Origin: Glycera tridactyla
Lineage: Eukaryota
Direction: 5' to 3'
Length of the DNA: 64,000 nucleotides
Assembly (NCBI GenBank): GCA_965644265.1
Contig: OZ286461.1
Span: 77,686,001 to 77,750,000 of the forward strand
Shown here: positions 1 to 13,200 of the stretch, piece by piece
Layout: the number at the start of each line of letters is the position of its first letter
How positions within the stretch are numbered: the stretch's first letter is position 1
Translations under genes and position numbers: made by a program
The notes under the pieces: generated by a model
The model's input: the letters and a program-made list of their open reading frames with translations, nothing else
Told to the model about the DNA's origin: nothing
Databases searched by the model: none

Positions 1-2
1 GT

Positions 3-485
3 CTCTACTATCCTCCAGCAGCCGCTGAGCTGAGAAAGCTACCTGCTCAGACAGTCGAGGATATTGAGAGAGTTACAGGGTTCCCACAATGCACCCCAAA
101 TGAACCAGATTCTGATGAAGAGGATGATGCAAACTTGTCTCAAGACACCATAATATATACACCACCACCACTTCCAACACTGACGCCACCCACACAACCA
201 CCATCAATTTCACATACACCACCACCACCTACACTGTCTCCAATACCACCTACACCACCACCGCTTACCCCACTGCAACCCAAACCCCCACCCCCAACGC
301 TCACACCACAACAACCACCCTTCTCTAACATACTCCCAGTGGTTAAAATCTTGACACACAGAACAGTTGGATCGAGATTGAACTACAAATGTAAACTTCA
401 AGGGATTAAGAAACCAAGATGGCTTTATGCACATCGAATTAGTTCTGAATTATTGGAAAAGTACAAGCAAGAGGCCGATCTTTGA
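3..485 (+). mobile_element. C-terminal end of an LTR-retrotransposon (Gypsy-like) pol/integrase ORF ending in a chromodomain-like segment
   Basis: Frame is open from the window start (LYYPPAAAELRK...) through a Pro/Thr-rich linker to LPVVKILTHRTVGSRLNYKCKLQGIKKPRWLYAHRISSELLEKYKQ*. This follows the chromo-fold pattern (V..IL..R...G...Y..K..G.....W......L..Y). Followed by an env-like ORF and PPT/LTR. The catalytic core lies outside the window. Confidence 0.5.
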
Positions 486-1298
486 TAAGCACTTATCTTC
501 TAATAACAAAAAAGGACCCCCTCTATCCGGTGCCTTATATATCTCTGCTAAGCGAGTATCTACCCACCTCGGCTTTGCTTGACATACACATCACATAGCT
601 TGACCCTTTTTATGAGAACATTAATTAGATTTCAGTTGTGTATCTAAATCCAACTGGTTGAAAGTGCTACTTGATTTTTGCCAATCACTACATGAGTGCG
701 AGTAAGGCATCCCATGTTTATCTTTGTATACTCATTTATGTATGTAGAATTGATAGTTGCTTTTGAAAGGTGTCTCACTGATCGTTTACACAATTGCATG
801 ATTTGACTAATTTATGCATGTAATTTTGATAATTTCTCTTATATGTGTCTGATTTGTTACACCAATATTATTGAACATTGTTTTGTCATGTATGAAATAT
901 TTGTAATGTTTCAGGTTGACAGATAAGTCAAATAGTATTTCATCCTATCGAATATTAAAATTGACTATTTCTCCTGAATGATGAATATATCCTCAGTAAC
1001 ACTATGTACATGTTCACACCTCCTTTTGCGCCATGAGCGCTCACAGGAGAAACCTCTAATAAGCTTCTAATTTTTATACAATCTAGGTACGCTTAGCATG
1101 ACCGGGCTTGTGTTCTATACACTCACTTCCGGCACCTGAGAGCTGACCATTGTGGTTATCCTAACTAGACATTGGAATTTCTTTCCTTTTAGAATGCATA
1201 GGGCATTTCATTTATTTTTTGTATATTGTATCGATATATTAGGTAACCAGTGGCCATCACGTTCCTATGTCGTAGACATGCAGAACTCCAAGAGAACG

Positions 1299-2430
1299 AT
1301 GGGCAGGCTGCGAGACCTTTTCGCACTGCTCTATATTCTGGCGCTATTCCTGACATCCCTGGACACGAATAAAGCAACCGCAGATCCTACCACAATGGAT
1401 TCAACAGATGTACCACACTCACCGGCCTGGGACATATCTTCATTCCTCGTGGACCGATCAACCTAATTGTGCTTTTCCAACCAGAGAATGAACCCGAAAT
1501 TGCTGAAAACAAGTGGTTATTTTCATTTTGAATAGATATAATGGCCCCAATCTTTTATCCTGAGTGCACTACTGACTGCAAGACCACAAAATCAGGAACA
1601 ACTGGGCAATACAACAATTGGTGTTCAAGTGCAGCCAAGGTTAGCGGGTAAGGGAGAACCACTCACTTTTGCGCTTCACAGCGTTCGAGAGTCGACACTC
1701 GACAGTCTGTGAAGGGGTGTATAACAGGTTCTTTGCACTTACTCCAATCAAGCGGTGTATGTGAATATTAATTCCCTAATTCTACAAATTTACCTCCAAT
1801 TCTGACCGCATTTCAGCAATTTCTCTTCACAATCACAAGTTTTTTGCCACGATATTTTGGAAAGTGGAAACTCATTTGGAAGATCTGCTCACAGGGATGA
1901 GGGAAACTTACGGCAAACAAGGGGATTTTGCATCTTAAGGCCAAAGCCATTAGGATAGCTACCACAGCTGAGATGAAGAGAAAATCCTGCTTGGTCAGTT
2001 ATTTGTGTCCAGATTGTCTAACGAAGAGTGCCCAGTGGCTTTCAATTTGGCCCCGTTTGTGCCACTAGCCATATCCAAAGGAGTTCTGCACCTGTTAATT
2101 TCATGAAGATCAGGCCACTGGAAGCTTAGCTACTCGATTGATTGATTAAACACCAAGATTCCAATGAGCTTGCTGTGACGGATTCTGTCTACGATTATTT
2201 TTTGAGGTACCTCGACCTTGATCATGGGATCACCCATATTTGTGGAATTACCCATATTTGCAATCTTAGCATCGCTGCATCGCTGCTTATCTACTATAAA
2301 CTGACATTATGGAGAATCGATTGAGTGCCAGATGGGTTCGTAACCAGGACTAATGAGCGTTTTTGACGTCCACGTCCTCACAAGTTCGACCACAACATCT
2401 AGGTCCACCATGACCATTGTGTACATAAGA
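1299..2430 (+). pseudogene. Decayed envelope/fusion-glycoprotein-like ORF of the LTR element
   Basis: Signal-peptide-like start MGRLRDLFALLYILALFLTSLDTNKATA. After a frameshift, GPINLIVLFQPENEPEIAENKWLFSF*IDI followed by Cys-rich sequence. A possible R-x-x-R site (RQTRGF) near 1910 and a hydrophobic C-terminal stretch (ICNLSIAASLLIYYKL) near 2260-2305. Multiple stops and frameshifts. Confidence 0.4.
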
Positions 2431-3672
2431 CTTTTTTTTTCTACATGTGTGACTAGTATCTTTGTATATATGTTATCAGGACCAGTGCCTTGGTCAGGTG
2501 GAATTGCTTTAGGTCCAGCAGGACCATTTCATATATGGAACTTTTGGTTTAAACTGTTATATCATATCGCTTGTAGTATCTATATCACCTTTTTGCAACT
2601 GTGAAACATAATGTTAGCCATGTTGGCTGTTAAGACGCTGAGCAAAAATAGGCATCATTGCCATGGGAGGTGCCCAACAACAGTAGATTCAACGATCATC
2701 GTATATCCCCATCGTTCCTGCATGACAGTGATAACCTTCTCACCCAATTTTGAGAACCATTATTTATTGGAAATAGGAGAATTTGTTACCATGTAGCCCC
2801 TGACGTAATTTTCACCCAGGAGGGATATGGACTGATTTCTTCTGGTGGAAAAATTACCCAAGACAAATATCTACTTGAAGTTACACATGAGGTTCTGGAC
2901 TAACTCCTCTTGATGTAATTCTCACCCAGGAGAAGGGAGTCGATAACAGTCATGAATGCATTTGCCTACTATCAGGCAACAGACCGTTTACTAAACGGAC
3001 TTATGACTTACAGGCTTACATTCAGCTCGCCTCCAGACTGTAATTATTTATCAGTCGAATGTTTGTAGTTAAGTGATAGTTGAGAAAAGAACACAATTTT
3101 TTTTTGCTGATATTTGTATATATTATGTGTATTCATCCCTCCACTCACGTTCCAGTTCCTAGAGGATATTCCAATTTCAGGGACGAAATTTAATGGGGTG
3201 GGTGCCACCATGTGTGAGGTAGGAAATGCCGGTCAGAACTTGTTAGCTGGTTTTCAGCAGATTTCACTAGTTTTCACCGGCAGTAATGGAAAAGTAATGA
3301 CTTTATGAAATGGTAATGAGTAGTAATGGAAGTTTTGATATTTGGGGAATATGTATTCAGACACACATTTTCTAATATGGGGAGAACAGCTTGTATTGAA
3401 GCAGATGAGAGCCCTGGATTAATTAAACCTTTTCTTTGAAACATTCCTAGACAGACCCACAGATTGCATATTTCTAATGCATAAGGAGACAAGGCCAGTT
3501 TACCCTCTTTTCATGTGGACCCACATCTGGCCTTCCATTAAATCCCATTAAGTCTCTGTGTGGTATTGTCCAATTGTTTCTTCCCTCATCTTCAATTGAC
3601 CCTCTCCTGTAATTAGACCCGTTCAAGTGCCCTCATCCATCTTGTACTGCCATCACCCAGTCTCCCTCATGT

Positions 3673-4109
3673 AGGGGGAGTGGGGGGTGTTAATTCGATC
3701 TATTAATCCAGCCAGCTCTGGGCTAGTGAGCAGGCCTGGAAAGTGAGTGAAGTGGAACAACTACCTGTAGCCTACCTGTATGATATTGCTTGATGTTGAT
3801 TGGTTATTTGCTTTTACCCAATGGGGGTGGATCAGAGGAGTTCTCAGTCAGAGAATATAATGTGAGGTATTTGTGAATTTTAGTTAGTTAGAATTTGGAC
3901 TTGGAGTGGGGAGTTGGAACTTGGAGAGAGAACTTGGGATCTACCTGTTATTATGCTACTCCTCATTCTGATCCTAACCTATTGGGCCTGGAACTATGCC
4001 TGATAAACCATCATGGAGTGTATTTATCAGCACTTTGGACTTCAAGAGTGGACTTATTTCTCAACACTCTAGTTAAGAGGTATCCCAGACCTGATACATG
4101 CAAGTGACA
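3673..4109 (+). mobile_element. Polypurine tract plus putative 3' LTR
   Basis: AGGGGGAGTGGGGGG (3673-3687) is immediately followed by TGTTAA (3688); a candidate TGACA end lies at 4105-4109. The 5' LTR is not in the window, so the right boundary is unverified. Confidence 0.55.
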
Positions 4110-4201
4110 GCTGTCACATCATGACACACTCAATGCTAGCAAAGGCTCGCTCATGACGCGTATATACGCCAAATAGTCACAACATCACAGCTTTCATGAT
4201 G

Positions 4202-4426
4202 CAGGGTTGCATCCAGGATTTTCTGAAATGGGGGCATTGGGCCCCTTAAATTTGAGGAAAGGGGGCATTTCTCCGCAGAATGTCCCAAAATGAGTTCACT
4301 TAACATGGCATAATGCAAACCTTTTATTGATTTAGGGGGCATTGTGGCCCATGATTAACTCGAAAATGGGCCCACACTGGAAACATGTGTGAAATGCCCC
4401 CATGCCCCCCTGTGGATGCAACCCTG
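4202..4426. mobile_element. MITE with CAGGGTTGCATCC terminal inverted repeats, 6-bp TSD (hAT6-like)
   Basis: CAGGGTTGCATCC ... GGATGCAACCCTG; ATGATG on both sides (4196-4201, 4427-4432). A related right end occurs near 49120-49131. Confidence 0.7.
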
Positions 4427-4551
4427 ATGATGCAAAGGGTTAATAGACACGTACAAATGTACTTGAACAATGCTGAACACTATGGTCAGTGGAGTTACAC
4501 AAGGTGCCACATCGCAGTAGAGAACAAAAACAAGTTATACATACATAATTG

Positions 4552-4557
4552 TTTATT
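4552..4557 (-). terminator. Candidate polyadenylation signal of the hnRNP gene
   Basis: AATAAA on the minus strand (TTTATT on plus) about 2.6 kb downstream of the stop codon, followed by U/GU-rich sequence. Confidence 0.45.
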
Positions 4558-6693
4558 TGGCTACACAGTGATAAAATACATTCAGCTGTGACAAGACAAT
4601 GACATGAAAGTATGCTTTCATACAGGCTGATGAAGTTTCAAGTACATGCTTCATTAAGCATTCAAACCATCTGTTTAAGTAGCTCAGTTTGATATACAGC
4701 CATTTGAGGCCAACACAACGTCCGCCATTTTTCTAGGAGGGAGCAGACCACCCACAGTTGGTCCTTATTTGGCAAGTTAGTGAACTGGTCAGGTTGGATG
4801 ATATAGGTAGCGCCTCGGCCTGCAATGCTCTGTGAACAGTCCACCATATTTCATGTCTTGCCTGATGCAGGGATGCAATTGGCTCAGAACCAAAAACACT
4901 GAAAACATGACCGGGAGCACCTATACCGAGATTTGGTTGATCAACAAACTCAAACAACTGGTGACTGAAGACTAGAACTCTATACAAACATTGTGCTCTA
5001 TCTCCACTAATACCGGTCCGATTCACATGATCTAAAAGCCAAAATAATCAGCAGAGGATACTCGTTGCTGCCACTTGCATGACTAAATGTTTGTGAGCAG
5101 AATCCGCTGAACAATCACATCCCTGCTGATGTCACCGTGTAAATTCAATTTATGATACATAATCTGAACACACCATAGTTGCTGCCTTGTAAGCAAATAA
5201 GTACTGTTAGTTCTTGTGGATTAGGGACAATACTAGGTACCTTGGGTGATAAATCTTGCCACAGAATACTACTGAAATAACATGGCATCTTTCCAAATTA
5301 TGCATGGCCTAATATCCGATCAATTGGCCATAATCATTTCTGGGGGAATCACATTTGCATAGTGAAAATAGTTCAAATCTTGAATGGCATTATCAGGCGA
5401 ATCACTCTTATATGATGTAGACAGCGGTGTGAGATGATATGATTATTTTTTTTTCTTTATGATATGAAACTGGCTGCAGCTCCTCAAGCAGAAATTGTCA
5501 AATAATATCAAATAAACACACAAAACAATTCATTCTTCGCCTATTATGAAGTGATCACTCCATAAACAATCATGTTAATGGACTGCTGAGGTTAGTGAAT
5601 CATATGCCCAATCCTAATTGAACCTGCAAATTAGAAGGTAAGGTGGCACAAATTGGCAACTCTGTTCCCTTAGAGTCATGGTTTTCCGTGAAGACTTTTG
5701 ACCACATAGAATGTAAGTACAACATATCTTATATTCATTTTTCAGTGATGAGGAAATGTCATACGTTGAGGATTGAACCATATAGTTACACCAACCACTC
5801 TCAAGACAGCTATAACTCAATATGGAACCAAAGTGTCATCAGCTCCCAATCATCCTTGTCATCAATCAGAAGCCTGATACATTTGGTCATGATCTTACTT
5901 CACTGCTTTCAACTCAAGATAGAACAAAAGATTATTGCATCTACCATACATTTCATGCGATGGCAGTGATCAAGCTACTAGCAAAACACTGGCTTTCTCA
6001 TCAGATGACTGACATGATCTGCCAGTCTTACCTGCGAGGAGAAATCTAGAACACATATGAGTCCAATATACAAATAATAAATATTAAATAAGTGAGTCCC
6101 TTAGGGCTTTTTAAGTTGCACTGCTATAGATACCAAGCCTGCTGTGTTGATAAACTGTATCAAGAATCGCAAGTAGATGCTCACGTTCTTAAAGTGTAAA
6201 AAAAATGCAAAAAAACTCATTTCAGTTCAATCAACTAAATTTGACCTACAAAAACCATCCGGTGGCTTAGGGGTCCACCTCAAAGTAGCCAGAAAGGAGT
6301 TCACTGGTGACGAGCTGAGTGACACTTGTAAATGGGCACCAACTTGGCTCGCCAACAGTCAGCCCTGCCTCCAAAACAGATAGCTACTTCATTAAATATT
6401 GGTGACATCCTCTGAAGAGCATATGTGTGATAATCCTCAGCTAAATGCAATTCGCTATACCATTTGGTCTTCAACCTCATGATCATATATGACTATCACC
6501 ATTGTTCAGCCACCTGACAAACTTGTGTCATGAGAGATCTGGAAAGATAGCAGAATGGCAGAAATTCTCTCCAATCTCTCCAATCATGTGGAATCCAAAT
6601 ATGAGCATGAAAGGTTAGACAACAACCACATGGTTTTTTCAACTTGTAGATCACCAAGAGCTGCCGTGATCCCAGCTTGACTATCAGCAATAC

Positions 6694-7152
6694 CTGCAAT
6701 AAATAAAACAATTGCAAAAATTATATATATATATATACACTTGCCTCAAAATTTATGGATAAAAAAATTATCATCTCCATGCATTAGTGGCTTCAATATC
6801 ACAATGAAGCTTGTTGATCAAACAAAAAACACAAGTTATGGTGATGAAATACAGTGGATATCAAGTGTTAGACAAGGGTCCAACTTTTCTTGGGCTCTGT
6901 CCAAGTCCAACTATGCCCATTTATAGAAGCTTGAGTGGCAATGGGACTAGGCAGAGCAATCAACAAGAGGTGCCAGCTGTAAGCATACCAGTATCATTCA
7001 TGCAATGCATAAAAGCCTATTATTCTACCCTTGATTCCCAAAGTAGGAGACCAAAGAAACAATGCATTACTCATTAGTTCCAATCAAATCCAAAATTGGC
7101 TTCCCTGTCTATTTGAATAGGTCATCATTAATGAAACAAATAAAAAATGTAC
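6694..7152 (-). other. Putative 3'UTR intron 1 of the hnRNP gene
   Basis: GT at 7152-7151; strong acceptor TTGTTTTATTTATTGCAG ending at 6694. Confidence 0.65.
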
Positions 7153-7180
7153 CTATATTGATGAAACGAGGTGACAACAG

Positions 7181-7251
7181 TTAACGACTGTATGGATGGT
7201 AGCCTGGGGGGCCACCACCACGACCCTTTGCCTTGTTGTAGCCGGAATTAC
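7181..7251 (-). CDS. hnRNP last coding exon ([23 protein letters not shown])
   Basis: GTGTTCCAG acceptor; TAA at 7183-7181; PY-NLS-like end. A donor (ATAG|GTACAT) follows 28 nt after the stop. Confidence 0.9.
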
Positions 7252-10200
7252 CTGGAACACAGATCAACATTTTGTCAGATTGGATACCTTACATCATTGT
7301 ATCATTCATGAGAAGTTTACCATAGCATCACATACATGAACATAAAGTTACAAATCAGGATTCAATGAATTTATCCAGAAAGAAATCCCACAATACATTC
7401 AAACCTGTCTACAAAGAACACCCTCAGTCGCAACAAGATATGGTCTTTGTAGACAGGTGGCTATCCTATAGCGGTGGTCTCGAGAAGGTTGGCTGTACTG
7501 TGAATCTGTTTCTTGCTATTCACTGAGTTCTTGTGGTTCCACGAACAGCCAGTTGTTATGGTTTTCACAGGAATGTTTGCTAATCTGAATATTTTCAGAT
7601 AATTGTAACAAATCAGGCTTTTTTGCCCAACATTCTATACTTCACCATCACTTCATTTGCTCAACATGATATTCAGAACGAGCCTACTGGCTTGGAATGG
7701 GCTTCAAAAGATGGGAAAAACATAGCTATCAGGATGAACAGCACAAAGTATGATAGAAGCAGCGGGGAGGCTAAGATTTTGGGGATAGAAGCGAAATTGG
7801 TTTGGTTTGGTTGAGGTCTCAACCCAGAGGATTATGTACACTTTGCATTCCTGGTCAATGAAAGCCAGATGTCTGGTCCTCTGCAAGCATCACTTACACA
7901 AGCCCTAACACGAGATGACGGAAACCAGAGATGTTGAAATTCAGACACACCTTTAGTTATTTAACGTGAACACGACAAACTAATCAACTACCGTATATAC
8001 TTGCATATAATCCCATTTTTTCAAGGACGAAATATTCCACCCAAAAGAAAGGTGTGGGCTTTTACATAACTCGTGATGAAAACATCAGACAGATATTGCT
8101 ATTCGAGGAAGTTTCTGGTAGGATGAGGTCGAGGTCATATGCAAATTAGGTGTGTTGTCATCCGGAGTATTTCAGCCTCGCGACAAACCACAACAATGGT
8201 GCCCAACTCACTATTGGAGAGGCCAGCTTTTTGTTTTATCACAAGATACATGCTTATTTGGCTCTGAAATGTGTCTCATGGTGGAGATCGCTTTAACATG
8301 GATTGTACCAATAAATCATTGAAGTATGGTGGCGCAAACAGACCAACAATAGCCAGAGTGAGGCGCTAATTGGCTTCTCCACATGGATGTCTTTTATGTA
8401 TCACTTCACTTTGACATGCTGAAATTGATCACTGGCATGGCCTATCAGCTTCTCCCCATGTTTGAAAGATTGTTTTTCTTCGAAATATTTTGGCAGAACT
8501 CGCAATTCGCTGGGTTCAGTTAGCAAAATCACAGGATGGGCTTATATGCAAGATATAGACTAAATCCCGACTTTTGGAGGCAAAATCATAACCCCGGCAA
8601 ATATGCGGAGGAGGCTTATATGCAAGTTTTTGTATATATGGTATGTAACTGGCTGGAAGGTGACGCTCAAGCCTTATGGCAATACTTCATTTTGAGCACA
8701 GCACAGTACTCAGGTTCCTCGAGGCAAGATGACAGTGTACCATCTTCACAAAGAATTCAAACAATCACGTATTTCATCTTTTTTTTTCCTTCAAAAATTT
8801 CCAATCGACACTCTTCATATAACTGTCATTAAAGTGATTGGCAGAGGCAGGATGAATTGAGAAAGGATCATACCTATAAAGCAAATTGCAACTTGGGGAA
8901 GAAAATGTAAATGAAGGAATCAAAGTTGCAATCCCAAAAGTTGCAATACTGAATGAAAACCAGGACCTCTAGAACAGCTACAACTACACTGAGTCCCGAT
9001 GAGCATAACTGAATATAATGAAATTGCAGGAACACCGAAAGCTTTGGGGTTAATGGGCACAATCATGTCATGATTAGTCACATTGAAACCTATGTTCGAC
9101 CATACATATTCAGTCGCCAAGAACACCAGCTTGGGTCCCTTGTACCAGGAGCGAAACTTTTCTATCCATATTAGACAGTCCTCCCTATTTCACCAATATT
9201 CGCCACCCAGCCACTCATATGATAGGTTCATTACTCATAGGAATCGAAGTGAGATCAACCCAATCAGTGGTCTCTGCTCACACCATGTTTCAATACAGTC
9301 AAACCTGTCTATAACAAGCAAAATTTCCCGGGCTCAAGTACGGACAATAGACAGGTTGGCGGATAGGATGTGAGAAGAGGGCAGGCGAGCTGAGGCTAGC
9401 ACATTTCCTGCTCTCAGGTACAGACAATCCCGGCTGGCCGCGGCGGTCGTTAGGAGGGGGTGGTGGCCAGGTGTGAGCAGCGACCAAGTGAGTTGATCTG
9501 AGCACATATCCCGGGCTCAGGTACGGACAATCCTGGCCGGCTACATGGCGGTCGTTAGAAAGGGGGACTGGCCGCGAGCAAGCAAGAAATTTAGTGCATC
9601 TCCTGGTCTCGATTGCTGGCCGACCAGCTGAGAGTGGTCCTTATAGGGAGGTTCCCCGGCCAAACACGACGGTCGGAGTCGGCAGGTGGTCGCTATACAG
9701 AGGTCAAATATAGTGAAAAATACGTCGGTCGGCGGTCAGGGGTGGTCGTTAAAGCGTGGTGGTCGCTTGAGCAGGTTAGACTGTATCCATATTTGAACTG
9801 ATGTCTTTCCCAAGTGATGAAAGTGACACTCAACCAAATTTCCCGAAAAGCGCTCAAGCCTATCTGCAGGAATTCGAAGACCTCCACATGCATCCTCATG
9901 ACAATGAGGCAGGTACTTTATATTGTATTGTTATACCTATTCACTGTCATAATACACTAATTGTCTGAGCAATATAGAGAAATGACAACAGTGGAATAAA
10001 TACAAGTGAACCAAACCAATTACATCACCACCCCATTTGACCAGTTCTTGGGCCTAAATTCTGATGGGCAACAAACAGTGCAACATATTGAAGAGATAGT
10101 ACTATCCTATATCATGACTTCAGATACATGCAATCACCCTCAACCACATCAATCTGAATGGGTTCCTACTATTGTGCAACTTCCGAGATGATAAAACCCA

Positions 10201-13200
10201 TCCTGGTGAATCAGGAATAGCGCTGAGCAGAATCCCACAAAATACAGACATCATGAAGAGCTAAGTGCTACAACAGTGAAACCTCAAACCCATGCACTGA
10301 AGAGGCTGATAGATGTATACATAGTCAACGTGGTATGAATCTAGTGAAGTACATCTGGTAGAATACACTTTGTGGGTCCTGATTGAATTGACATATGATG
10401 CTGTTAGATGTATTGTAAAGTTAAGCCCATTTTCATAGACTCGCCCTTTTATGTGATGGAGAGAACAGAGTCGAGTCATGACATCTTTTTCCTGAGAATG
10501 TGGTGAGCTGCATCATCTGGGACATGGGAAATGATGCAGTTAGAAATGCAATGAATGGGTAAGCCTGGGTTGATTGTACTATGGATTAGCAGAGACACTG
10601 ACTCACAATAGCAGAGAAATTCCTGGGCAGGGAAGTGAATGAGACCAATGTCCCACACTACCTCAAATCAAGCGGACAATTCTGACATCAGTGAGATATT
10701 TTCTCACTCATCAGGAAGGAAATGCTGGATTTTCCATACAGGCTGCTCACTGGAAGATTAAGGTTTCCTTACAGTGAACAGACAATAGTGTGAGAGAGTT
10801 ATTTCAAAATTCATTTGTAAGTAGCCTGAATCGAATGATAATCTGGCACCTGATGAAGCTGAGAGCAGTTTATCCCAAATACTCCCAGACCAACTGGATA
10901 TTTGATAATCTGATGGAGATTCTCCCTAAATCACACCAGGGCATGACATTGGAGTTTTCGGCTGGTCGTGCAAGCGGACAAGTGACATAAGATATTTGGT
11001 TGTCCGCTCAAGAATTTTATCTGTCCAATGTGATATTAAGCATACTCAAAGAAGAAATCTGCAGTTGTCCTGCGGGCAAGTAGGTTATAAAATTCAGTTG
11101 TCCGCCATGAATTTCTACTTGTCCCGGACAACCGGACTACCCTTAATGTCAAGCCCAGCACACTCCAGGAATATCCCTGCAGACGCTTTCACCCTGGGTT
11201 GGATTGGACACTGGCATGAGTATAATTGAACCCTCATTCTTCAAGACAGCCGAGGCAAGTTAAAAATACTATAAAACTGCTAGGAAACAACAAATATGCA
11301 ACATATCTATGGCCCAAGGCCAGAGGATTGCATGTAATGTCCTACATGACAAAGTGGGTTAGTCTTTGACTGAAAAACAGCAAAATAATACTATCAATCC
11401 AGTGGCAGGAATGATGGGGATAACATGCAAATAAAAAGAGAAAAGGCAATGATGCCCCAGGAAGTGTATGACGGTGAAAAAGTGGGATGATCAAACTACC
11501 AGATATCCCCTCAGTTCACCATTAACAATCTGGGACGACCTCATTGAGGATAACTTCCCCCAAACCTCACAAGCAGGATTCATAATGGTAAGTATCTCTA
11601 CTCAATCTAATACATAGTGACCCTGTTCACCAAAATTGAGTTTGGGGTACGAGAAGCATTATGTGAGAGAGGACAGGCATACATGCAAGACAGAGTGAAA
11701 ACGGAGATCTACTAGCACCTACTCACCATCGTAACCACCGCCCCAGTCACTGTAATCATATCCTTTGAGGCAAAACAAAACCACAAGTATATCAGTACTA
11801 GCCGACACAGACCAATGAACATACGAGCCAAAATAATCACAGAAGGAAACACAAGCAGCACATCAACTACAGGACTGGACCGCCTATAGATGAAAAGAAT
11901 GCAAGCAAATGATAGAGCACTCAAAACACTGGGAGAGTATTCACAAGGAGCAGATAAAAATAAGAAAAGAGGATAAGAAAACTGCTGACACATACCTCCT
12001 CCATATCCGCTGCCTCCACCATAGCCGTAACTATCATAACCACCTCCCCAGCCACCTTGGTTGCCATAGTAACCACCACTGTAGTTATAGTCTTCATAGC
12101 CGCCTTGATTACCGTAACCACCATAGCCATCGTAGCCCTGGTTGTACCCTTCATTACCGTAGTAGTTGTCATAGCCATCACCCCATCCTTGGTCACCGCC
12201 CCATCCTTGGTTATAGCCACCTGTATCAACAAAAAGGACAAGTATGTAAAATGCAGACTGACATTTTGAGGGCTATTTTTTGGGGTGATATTTTACAATT
12301 TCTCAAGCACCGCCCATCAAAGATGAGCCAATGTGTAAAATATATGGTAAGAAGCTGGCACGCCAGCCTGAAAGCAATACCCTACAATAATGACCCCTTG
12401 ACAAAAGACCACCTTGACCTGCAGCAAGCTACCACCACCATCTTGTTTTAATGTTAAACAGTGGAGACCAGCCAGTCCTCCTCCAGGAATCTGGCACAAT
12501 GTCACGATTTATCCTTGGACCATTCATCAGCAGTCTGGCCAAATGCTATTGATCACAGAGGTGTCCGACGACAGTTCGTCAAATTGCCATGCTGACACCT
12601 CCTTCGCGTTTTGGTTAGTAATACAGAGTTCGTACACCTTTTTGGCTTTCAAATTCAAGTACTTTTCAAGTACCCACAAGTTTGTAAGTACATACGCAGA
12701 CATCAATTTGCACTTATTTGTAGGTATAGAAGTACAAGAAACTTGGACAAATAAATAAAAGATTTATTCAGCAATATTCATCCATGAATAACATTATGTA
12801 TACTTGGCGAATATCTGCGAGATAAGCCACTGTTTATTTGTGCTCTCCACACGGCTTCCGGTTTCACCAGTGCCGTGGGATTTTGATTGCAATTAAACAA
12901 TTATCAGCTAGTCAGATTGATGATTACCATGGATTAACCCAGAACAGTCGAATTTTGGCCAGTTTGTGTGAATTCAAGTAGTCCTGCTTGTTTTCAAGTA
13001 GTATTGCACCAAATTCAAGTACTTTTCAAGTACAAGATTGCAATATTGCAGATTCAGGTAGTTTTCAAGTAGTTGGCACAAATTCAAGGAGTTTTCAAGT
13101 CCAGTACGAAACCTGTACAGATCTGAATGTATTCCTGTGGATTCGAATCTTACCTGCCCATCGGGCGGGTGAGTTTTTCTGATGTCTTCGCACCCTGCCT

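Noticed and set aside
10686-10714. Hammerhead-ribozyme-like CTGATGA + GTGAG-loop-CTCAC on the minus strand
   Set aside because: Stem II is followed by TGAT rather than the required GAAA, and no stems I/III are evident. It is also too short for a C/D snoRNA.
12395-12418. Possible 24-nt in-frame hnRNP cassette exon (GQGGLLSRG)
   Set aside because: Weak polypyrimidine tract and weak donor (GG|GTCATT); not supportable without reads.
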